64,000 nucleotides of DNA. It comes from Octopus vulgaris. Taxonomy: Eukaryota. The translations under genes were made by a program, and so were the position numbers. Position 1 is the stretch's first letter. Every line of letters begins with the position of its first letter. Shown here in pieces: positions 53,226 through 64,000 of this stretch. The notes under the pieces are model-generated. The model ran no database searches, was not told the origin of the DNA, and saw only the letters and a list, made by a program, of their open reading frames with translations. Location: assembly GCA_951406725.2 (NCBI GenBank), contig OX597820.1, positions 104,284,001 through 104,348,000 of the forward strand. Direction: 5' to 3'.

Positions 53226-56200
53226 TTAACTCTGACAAACAAATGAACTTGACTTTATGTACAATCTCCCTCCCTTTTACCCCTTTCATGTTTTCCCCTT
53301 ATTCAAATAAGGCTCTAACTAGAAGTTATGTTAACGAGATTTGAGGTCCAGGTAAGTGTGCAATTAGGTATTGTATTTTCTCTCCTGTGTGTATCAAATC
53401 TCTCATTAGACTTCAGAAAAGAGCACTCTTGAAAGAGGCAGATGAAGTTACTAGTCCCTGGAATAGTAAAGGGTAAACTTGGCAAAGACTAAGGAATTTC
53501 TGTTTTTGAGAGATGACCTAAAAGAAATTAAATTGGTAAAAATAAAAAAAGAAATTGAAAATATTTCTGGTATGATGTTGGTGCATGAAAGTGAATGACT
53601 TTGTTTGAAGAATGAAATAAATGTGAATCAGAGTGAGATATAGAGAATTTATGCATGAATAACATGGATGTTAAACTCAAATAGTTGAATGAACTAAAGA
53701 AATCTAGATTGGGATAGACCAATGAAATTATTACAGTTTAGGGAAGAAATTAAAAGAAAAGAAGGGAAAAGAAAATGCAATTGAGGAAAGGAAATCTTGC
53801 AAGCCATTTAGAATGTAATTCTGTCAGTGTTTAATTTGCTGACTTCTGCAGTCCAAAATGCTTTATTAATTCAAATGAGCTATTTCAGTGTTAGAATCAA
53901 ATCTACTCAAGATATGTTGTTAGAATATCTCACAAACATAATTTAACAGATTGCTATTGGTTGATGATTCCAAATAATTTTTCTAATCAATGTAAGATTT
54001 TCTCTGAAAATAGCTTGGGAGATTTTTTTTTTTTATCTTGGATTTTTTTCCATAGTGATAGTTAAGTTTTCATTGAAAAACAAAACTGGGAGCAGGATGG
54101 GCCTTATTCTGGATTGTTTTAAAATAAGTTGAATGGTAGAATCATTAGTGTTGGGCAAAATACCTTTTGATATTTAGTTCTTAGTGATACTTGTGCTTTA
54201 AAGACAGATGAAAGTATAAACCCTAGTGCCTGTTATGAGGATATTTCTACCCTTTGTATTATTATTAACTTTGAATGGCTTGAAGAGGGAATAATACCAC
54301 ACAGATCCTCTAATTAATGGAATATCTAGGATGTTGTCTGTCATCCTATGTAACACAAAGCTGATAGAAGAAAACTTAAATCTGAGTTCTTCTCAAAGTG
54401 ACTGATACTACATCATAGTGGAGGGGGCAGTGTAAAATTTTATTTGGATATTAGGAACAAAGGGGGCAGTAGGGATGAGAGGGAGCAACAGATAAATCTG
54501 TATTGTCTTTTTAGTTTTTGACTCTTATCTAAAAAAAAAAAAAATTAATTGTAATATGATAAGCCTGCTTGTTGGACACAATCACAACAACCTCATCGAC
54601 AATAATAAACTTTAATGTGTATATATAAATAAGCAAAGCTGTATGTATATATATATATATATATAGTACAAAGTAAGATAGGGGTTATGGGTGTAACCCA
54701 CCATGGGATATCATCCAATATACTGTTGGTAAAGTACCCAGATTCTAAATACATAAATGTTTTTAATTGCAATGCAATTAACTCATTTATTGTATTAAAC
54801 GGGTGAAGGTAAAGAAATATTTTTTACTGTAAATTTATAATACAAATAAGAAAATGGAGAAACCAATTTAGTTTGATCATCAACTTTCGGTATCTTATAT
54901 CTATTGAATTATAAGATATATATGTATGCTATTGATGTTCTCATTTTGTTAAATGAATAAATAATCCAGCATTTTAATATCCGAAAGTTGATGAACAAAC
55001 CAAATTTGTTTCTCCATTTTCTTATTTGTATTATATATATATATATATATGTAACATTTTCTCTGAAAATACCTTTAGAGATTTTGTTTTTATTGTGGAT
55101 TTTTTCCATAAGTAATAGTTAAGTTTTTATTGAAAAACAAAACTGGGTGTAGGATGGGCCTTATTCTGGATTGTTCTAAAATTAGTAGGATGGTGCTATA
55201 TATGGTGAGTAGCCACCTATGTCAAACTAGTACTGAGAACTAAATTACTCTGGTCTGATATTACAAATTTGTACATCAAAAATGGTGGTGGTGAGAGGCA
55301 TTGATAATGTCTTAATAAAGGATAAAGTTTAAGAGGCACTGCTCTGAATATTAATAATAATACAGCTGAAACAATGTAAAGCTATGAATGAAATATTGAG
55401 TGTAAAAATCTAATTTGAGACTGGTGGCGGTTAGTAAATGCTGACTTCAATTTGTGATGTTCGTACATGGAAAGGTTGGAAATTTTTCATATGTAACTTG
55501 TAAGGATTGTATGTGAATTTTTAAAAGGAAAAATTTGTTTGATTCTGGGTTTGAGTTGGACCAAAATTTTATCAATAACAAGACATTGTCATGATTGGGG
55601 GTCAATTGCAATTCACCCGAGTGTGAACACAATCATCTATATTATATAAATATACATACAATACACACACATGTGTGTGTGTGGTGTGTTTATATATATA
55701 TATATATGTTTGTATGTATAAGATATGTAAATTATGTAGAATAGGTAATGTATAAATCCTTTTGTCTATATGATAGAAGGAACTATTACATTTCAGTATA
55801 TACTTTAAAATAATATAATACCAAAAAAAGTATGCAATGTTTTCTGTATGAAAAGTGTCTTTTGTATATAGTCAGGTCATTTTTGTTGATACCAAACAGT
55901 AAACTTGATTACAAGTTCAGTTCCTGTCACAATAGGTTTTGAGTTATGACAAGTTTGTTCTCGTTTGGTATTTTTATATTTATATTGGGTTGAATTTTGT
56001 TTTATTGCAAAAAAGCAAGATGTTAGCATAGTATTGTTTAAGATTGACATACATATCCTTGAGAATTTGATTTGGTAGCTTTCTATTTAAAACAAATTCT
56101 AGACTCGACTTGTTTGTTATCCTGTTGAGAAAACAGCTGTGTACGTTTAGAAGCAGGTTGTATCAGAGGATAGTTCTTCTCTATATGGAGAAGAGTTTGT

Positions 56201-57495
56201 TGGGAAATAATTATGCTATACATATTCTGTTGTTTTGGACAGTGGCAAAAATATTTTGTGTGTGTGTTTGGATGTACAAACAAGATTTACTAGCTTCACT
56301 GAAATATATTTATACACACACAGTAAAAAAGAATTTTGTTAAAGCAATTATCCCCACATGGTGAGTTGTAATGCAAAAATATATAATAACAGAAGGAAAT
56401 GCACACAGTTTACATAGATTTAATAAATTTAAAGGGTAGAGTATTTGTGATAGTCAACCAGTTTTGCATTTTGCTAATCATGACATTGAAATTATTGCAA
56501 TTTTGTATTTTCTTAAGAAGTTTTTAGTCCATGTTCTTGTAAATGAATTGGCATGTAGAAAAATCTAAGAGGAAGTGTATATAAGTGAGTGCACAAATGA
56601 AAAAAGAGGTACTCGGTAGCAGTCATGTATATTTTTCAATAAGTTTCACTCAGCACTGGATGGCTTAAAGTTTTGTGGGCTTATAAGATAGATCAATCTC
56701 ATTAGATATCTGATGAGATGGTTTTGTCCAACGATCCAATGCAACTTGGAGCTGAGTCAACTTCTCATTAAAATATATACTTGGAGCTGGGTCAACCTCT
56801 CATTAACATATATACATATACTTTATAACTTTTATGTAACTTTACATCTCTATATATAATCATGCAATAGTTGTAAAACATATAGAAATATATTTTACAA
56901 ATTAGAAACATTATCCAATATAGAAGACAAGATACAAGTTGATAGTTTACCCAGTTTTGCCCTTGGTGACACTTGAAGTAGTCTGTCAAATTTTGATATA
57001 CCATTAAAAAAAAATATTCTTAAAGTATATTTTGTTTTGTTATAAAGCAATGAAATTGCTTTGACAGAAAAAGTCAAATTTAAGACAGATATTATCATTT
57101 TTTAAACACTTGAGGTTGACATCTAGCAGCTATTGGTTGTTTCCAAGAGTCAGATAATTGCACAAGCTGATATTTAGTGAATTACATACTCTGAAGATAA
57201 TCCCTCCTCAAGTGGCATTAATGTAATTTTTCTAACATTCAAAGTTGAATTTTCATTTTTGCTTATGACTAACATATACCGGAGTTGTCTGTTCAAAATA
57301 ACTATCTATTTATACAAGTGAATTTATTCATATAATTTAACATCTTTTATTTCAGTTTATCATAATTTAATAATTTCTTTCGTCATTCTAAATGACTATT
57401 ACTTTATTGTGTGAGATATGGAGCAATTCACATGCCTACACTTTTTTTTTTAGCTAAGTAGGGAGTATTTAAGAATAAAAAAAAAAATGTGGGCA

Positions 57496-57701
57496 ACACA
57501 CCGGGCGAAGTGCTTGGGAGTATTTCATCTACCATTACATTCTGAGTTCAAATTCCGCCAAGGTCAACTTTGTTTTTCATCCTTTTGGGATCGATTAAAT
57601 AAATACTAGTTATGCACTGGGGTCGATGTAACCGACTTAATCCCTTTGTCTGTCCTTGTTTGTCTCCTCTATGTTTAGCCCCCTGTGGGCAATAAAGAAA
57701 T
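57496..57701 (+). mobile_element. Monomeric copy of the SINE that forms the 31.3-32.3 kb array
   Basis: Collinear with the array unit; ends ...aataaagaaata. Confidence 0.9.
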
Positions 57702-58749
57702 AAAATTTGGGGATTAGGGAAATTTAGCTCAATCTTTTGAAAAAAAAAGAATGTATTATGGATTTTTTAAAAATCTAAAGGTACTAGTCGAACTCCTGGT
57801 GTGAAAATGAAAATAATGTTTCAAACAGTCTGATATATTGATCAAGGAGTATAATTTTTAATTGTTCAGACAAGTTAGAAAACAATAGCTACATATCTAT
57901 ATGAAAAGAAACAATTCAGGGATCATTTGGTTAATTCGTTTTCATAGTGAAATTAATAGTTAGTGACTGTGTGCCCAAGATAGTATTGTCCTTTCACAAG
58001 ATCATTTATTGTCATGTGTAATATAGAAAGTGCCATCAAATTAGTTGTTTTCAGTTATGGCTAAATTTTTTGAAGATTAAAGACCTGATGAATGATCTCC
58101 CTTCTACGACTCAACGAGAAAGTAGCAACGTTTATGTTTTATGGTCAACGTCTGGATGTCATTAAATGCATTTTATGTTATTTTAAAATGTAGTTCAAAT
58201 TTACAAGTTTACCTTTTGCATTAGTATTTTTGTAGGGTTTGTAACTTGTTAAATATTATTAAATGTCTCATTTTGACGTGAAAATAGTAAATAAATCTTA
58301 AATCAAATCATTTCAAAGTATTGATCATAGAAACTCCATACAAATTATTTAAAAATAAAACCTGTTGATGAAATATATAATTTTTAATTCAATATTGCTA
58401 CTTTAAAACTAAAAAAAATACCAAGAGATTAAAATCGAAAGCCAACTACTGGTGTTGTAACAGCTTTCGTGTGACTCCTGCAGTCCATCATCAACAGGTG
58501 TCAACTGGAGAATGACTAGACCATGGAAAAAACCCAGTATTTCTACTATCTCAGAAATGCTTTTAGAGGAAAGAGATAATACTGAGCTGTAGGAGAGGGA
58601 GCGCTCCATCTTGTTAGCTGATGGTCTTTGAAAGGCTTACTATTATAACAAATTTTAACTAATTACCAATAAATACTCTCAAAGTGAAATCCATATAAGA
58701 TGTTAGTAATATTTTTCACAAAACCAAAAGCTTTATTATTGTTGGTTTC

Positions 58750-59900
58750 ATATCAAATAATACTTCATCTTATGCAGACATAGTATATCTGGACAAAAGT
58801 ATATTCATGAAAATATACTTTTTGTGCATAATGAGAAATATGCTCAAAAGGTTGGATTTTTTTTCATGTACATTTAACTGCATATGTCTTACAATGATAA
58901 CTGATATTAATCTTTGATATAGCTTCAGTTATTACTATCGTTGTCTTTGTGTTGCGTTTTTTTATTGTGCAGTCATTGCAAGTTATTGTCCTTGATATGC
59001 CTATAAGTCTGTCTTTGTTTCTGTAACCCATGGAGAGTTTTGTAGGCGTTGAGTAAGAAGACCCAAATTTGCTATAAGACAAACCCCACTTAATGATAAA
59101 GATGCCAGGAAAATTTTTCAATTTTGGTATCCAAACAGAAACAATGGCAAAACTTTGGTAATTTGAAATCAAAATAATCTTGATGTAAAAGAAAAGAAAC
59201 CTATAGTTTTTTCAGCACGTAGTATTGTGGCTGTCATGAAATTCCAGACATGTTTTTCCTTGTATTCATTGAAGATGTCACATACCTTCAGTTAAAAGGA
59301 GAGATGTTGTTAGCTGACATGCTGAAACAGCTGATGAATTGAAATTACTGGAACCCAAGCAACATGGCAACAAATCAATAAATGACTCTTTAGGAATAAA
59401 TTCACAAGCATCATTTTGTAAATGGAATGAAGTTGATGGAAAACTCTGAGCAAGAGAGAATTAAACTGTCATAATTGTGGTTAAAGACACAGGAAAAAGT
59501 GTCTAACATTCAAATTAAAGTGACCTAAATATGGAAAGCTACTTCACTTTACTAAATATTATTGCTCAGGTTCTATCTATGGCATCAATGAATTTTTATA
59601 CAAAGACATGCTCAATGTGCCTTCATGCTTAATATCAACAATGTACATCTTGATTAATGTTTTAAATATCTACTATAAATTGAACAACGTTCCAATTAGA
59701 ATGAAAATAGGTAGTGGTGCATCTTGTTCAATTATCCTTTATTCCTATATTGATACGATCATTTCAGCATTATTATTCATCAGTTAAAAATTTAGATAAC
59801 TTGCTGTTCAGCACTGAAGATGAAGAACTCCTTGCTAATTTTTCATGGAGGAATTAATGTCACAGATTTTCCTTTGACTTCAGATTAAATGGAATAGGGC
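58750..59900 (+). mobile_element. Highly decayed Gypsy-like gag-protease remnant
   Basis: At ~59677-59736 the frame reads KLNNVPIRMKIGSGASCSII, resembling a retropepsin DTGASxS motif. Boundaries are guesses. Confidence 0.4.
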
Positions 59901-61048
59901 ATTTTATACTGAGGTACATAACAACTATTGACAATATTTTTGAAAGGTCATATAGCTAGTGTTTTATGGGGTAGAAGAATAAGCAACATAAGCCAATTTC
60001 ACTGCTGAAATCATTAACAGAGACCCCTAGTAATCAGCTATTCTTATTGGAAAAGGTTATTCTATGGATACTGAACTTATTTTGAAAATCATTAGTGGGA
60101 ATATTATCCTATAGCAGTCATTAGCCAGATTTAATAAGTCAACGAAACTAGTTTAATATTGAGTGTAAGGGTTATGCCATTAATTTGGTGCATTGAATAA
60201 TTGGGACGATTTCTATTTGGATGTAACTTGTTCAATCATGGACCAGCAACTTTTAAAAACTATTTTCAGTGATCTGTCACAGGGAACTTCATAAAAAGAA
60301 TTGTTTGTTTTACTGTAAAATAGGTTTTAGGTAAATTAAGACTGCATATTTCCTAACTTGACTTGGATTTGGAACCTACACTGGTTTTCTGTTCACTTCA
60401 CTGATTAGCTAAAATTCATGTGAACACACAAACACAACTGAGTTGGTTAACAATCACTTGAATCATACAGGGAGATAATGAAGATATCTTTGCTACAGTT
60501 GTGGGGATTGAGAGTTGTGGGCCTTGATAAGCCATTGCGTTAATTTGTCTTTCTGCAAACAGTGAAGAATTCTAAGAATTTATAAAGGTGTATGTGCAAT
60601 CTTTCCACTTATACTATTAAAACAAAACAGTTTTAGAATTAGTTTGAGTGTCATGCAAATTATAATACTGATACTTCAGGTAGTGATGTGTTCAGGTGAT
60701 ATGTTAATTCAATTAATGATTGCTTGGGTATCTTTCCTTTATCTGGTTTTCTGATTCAATGAATACAACCAATTTAGGTATCGTCAGTTTCAAATCTTAG
60801 TAATTAAATTGGTAATTAGGGAATATCTAGAAAATTGCAGCTTGTTCTTGTAGCTACTTTTTTTATAATTAAAAAAAAATTTTTTAAGTGTCACTAATTG
60901 ATATTTTCTGTTTTTAATGCATTGGATAATTCTATTACTAATATTTTAAAATATAAAGTGTTTTGTGTGTGGAATGTCTTTACATTTTGGAAGCAGCTTG
61001 TTTAAAACAGATGAAAGAGAAATAAATTAATATTTCTGACTGTGTGTG

Positions 61049-61081
<33 letters not shown>

Positions 61082-64000
61082 GGTGAAGGCAGAATTAGTA
61101 GAGATTTGCACCTTTGTTATTTCTGAATTCAAATATAGCACTGATAGATTTTCTCTTTCTTACAACCCTTCATATTTTTGGGGTCAGTAAAATATATCTA
61201 GGGTTGGTATTGACTGTACCCTTGAAGTCCAAGTCCTAGTATAGCCAAAGTCCTCTGACTAGAATCAGTAAACGACTAAATAAATATCTGTAAATATTAA
61301 GTGTAAAATGTGATTAGTTAAGTTCAAAAAGTTTACATATTTGGGAAATATTTATGAATATGTAAAATACAGAAACCATACAAAATCTTCTGTAAGTATG
61401 AAAAGCTAAGCCATCGGAAAATGCTGGTAAGACATTTCATTTTGAGTAATTCAAACGATGGATTAGGACACAATTTTATGTGTAGTAAATGTTTTATGGC
61501 ACACTTCCAGAGAAAACAGCAGATTGTATGGTTGTTCTTACAAATAAAGTTTCTTTGTTTCTGAAGTGTTGGTTCATTCCTTGCTCAATGCTGTATCTTG
61601 TCCACAAAGAATGCAGCTAAGCTGTAAAACCATCTGCTCTGCCCTTGTAGCAATTTATTTTGCATGCCGTGTGCAAAAAAAAAAAAAAATTCTTTTGCTA
61701 TTTTGAATGTTTGATTCCCAGGGAATCAACAAGAACAGAATTGCTACACAAGATCAAGCTGTATGTCAGTCACCTACTGACGTGAGTTTATATTTTGCAG
61801 TTTCTTATGTCTTATTTCAAGTCTAGCTATTTTTATTTCACTGTTCAAATAGTTAAAATGCTGTGATTTTAAACTCTATGAACAAGAATACTCACACACA
61901 TTCAGATGCACTCGTGCTTTCAGACACACACACACACATTCAGATGCACATGGACGTACTCACAAACATACAAATGCAATCATGTTTGATAGTTAGGAAA
62001 TCTGTTACTCATTCAATAGATAAATTCTGAAAATATTCTGTAGTATATTTGATCTTCAATTCTAGTAAAGACTGTTTGTGTATTACAGAATAATGATATT
62101 AATAATAATTAACTCTTCTGATAATCATATTCAATCTTGAAGGGTTTTCAGCAATTATATTTAATGAAATAGAACATTAATTCTGAATAAAAACTGATTT
62201 CTATTTTATCAGTAACCTTTTCTGCTATACATATTGGTTATGTAAGCTGTTGACAAAGTATTGTTTATGCTGAAGTCAATTTGATTGACTTATAGATCAA
62301 AACTTTCCAGCTATGGCCACCTCTACTATTTTTCGGGCATAACATACTTTGGACAGCTCTGTACAATGTCTTTTTTTAAGACAATAGAGTATATAATTTG
62401 AGGGTGATTTGGTTGCTGTTTCTAACATGTTGAATAAGTACGGATACAGAACTTATGAAACAGTTATCCTATATTTTCTTTAATATTTCAGACCAGAAAT
62501 AAAATTATATATTTTCTATTGGTTGAATTAAAACTTTTGTCAATTTTCCCATGAAAACCTTGTTTTTAATCAATTCTTCACTAAAACACAAGTTTCCTTT
62601 TTATACAGTAATCTATTCACCTAGTTTACCTTGGCATTTCATGATCTGTGTGAGTTAAATATTGTTCACCTATTTGAAAACCAGTCCATTTGTAACACTA
62701 GACAGAGTAGCAACACTTCAAATTAAGGATACTTTTCCAAAAGTAAATAATCTATTTTTTTGGAATGTGTTTCAATATCAGAAAACCAATGTGTATCTTA
62801 TGTATTTCAAGTGGTCTACTCAAAGTATACAATTTGATAGATGCATTTGTATTGCATCATAAATGTTCTGGACTTATGGCGTAGAATAAACCATTTTGCA
62901 GCTGCACTGTGTTGGTGAAGTATTTGAAAAATTATGGGACTTGGGCCTTATCTAACTCCAGCAATCAAAACTCTAAGGCCATAACTATAGCTATTGTCCT
63001 GTATTCATTCAAATCTTCCCTACTTGCTAGCTTTTCTTTTTAATTTTTACTTCAGTGCAACTTATATTATTGGAGTTTTCTTAAACTCTTAACTTAAATG
63101 AAGGTAAGTGTTAAATGCAATTAATTTAACCTGCTTTATTGATGATTATCTTGATGATTATCTTGTTTTTAATGCTTTTTTAAAGACCATTTTATTGAAT
63201 GACTTGATCTCCAAATGTGCCTACTTATTAACAAAGTTAAAGAATCTTGTTTTTTTTTTCCCCCTACTTATTGAATTCAAACCGAGAAGTAGGTTTTCAT
63301 TTTGGCTATGAAATAACGTCTGTAGCCAGGCTGTTTTTTCATTCAAGATTCTTTCCAGCTTGCGATGTCTTCAAATTACCTCCCTTGCTTCATACCTTCT
63401 TTTTAACAACTTTACTATACCACGCCGCACTCACTACAAAGTTGATTTCATAACATTATCCTAACCATCAGAATTTTTCTGCTCCTCACATCATGTGTCA
63501 TTTTACACTAAATGTTAGCATATGAGTACTATTGTTGCCTGCTACATAGCTATGATGGGCAAGGTGCTCAAAATCTAAGATAAATTCTTATCAGATATAC
63601 TGCAGTAGAAGAGTTAACATACACGATTAGTTTTATTTGTGTGAATTTAGATCTATAATTACAAAACATATTTTGGATAGAAATTGAAAGTAATCACTTC
63701 TAGTATGAAATGGTTTCATATGTTGTATGGAAAGTACATTTGTGGTGACTATGACCTCTGTTGGCTTCCTATGTGATGTGTACTTATATACGATTTGTGA
63801 GAAATTTAACCAACTAGTATTTTACTCCTGTTAGCAGTGAAGCTTTATGTTTGTGTGTATGCTTAATTGAATGGAATATTTTTTAAACTCAGTCATTAGC
63901 TCTTGCTTTAGGGCAGAACAGCTAACAAGGATAATGACTGAAAACAGATAAAGAAACACGTAATCTTATGGATAACTAAATAGGCAAGAGTTTATAGTTT

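Noticed and set aside
54701-54750. CCA TGG GAT ATC (PWDI) as possible ISYNA1 exon 3 (expected GWDIS)
   Set aside because: No AG acceptor or pyrimidine tract, the downstream residues do not resemble MIPS, and it lies within a (TA)n-flanked insert.
56744-56812. Short ~33-bp tandem duplication (similar ones at ~28748-28808 and ~61893-61950)
   Set aside because: Ordinary slippage duplications with no further structure.

Overview
AT-rich, microsatellite- and transposon-dense animal genomic DNA. The SINE families and repeat landscape suggest an octopus or other coleoid cephalopod; this is inferred from recognition, not from a database search. Bases 1-44 kb are intergenic. They hold decayed mariner/Tc1 transposons, R4/Dong-like and CR1-like LINE fragments, several tRNA-derived SINE families, non-autonomous Helitrons, MITEs, and short (TA)n-embedded inserts with hammerhead-ribozyme-like cores (probably Penelope-like element termini). 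The only host gene supported is inositol-3-phosphate synthase (ISYNA1/Inos, + strand): a TATA promoter, two coding exons (44620-44745, 45302-45587) and a second intron that appears to run past the window end. The most striking feature is in that intron: a ~5.3 kb degenerate satellite with roughly 55-60 copies (hand count) of the core YTCTRGAATTTTCCA. The core matches both a heat-shock element (TTCnnGAAnnTTC) and an NFAT5/TonE-type site, so the array is a candidate repeat-built stress enhancer for an osmolyte-synthesis gene.
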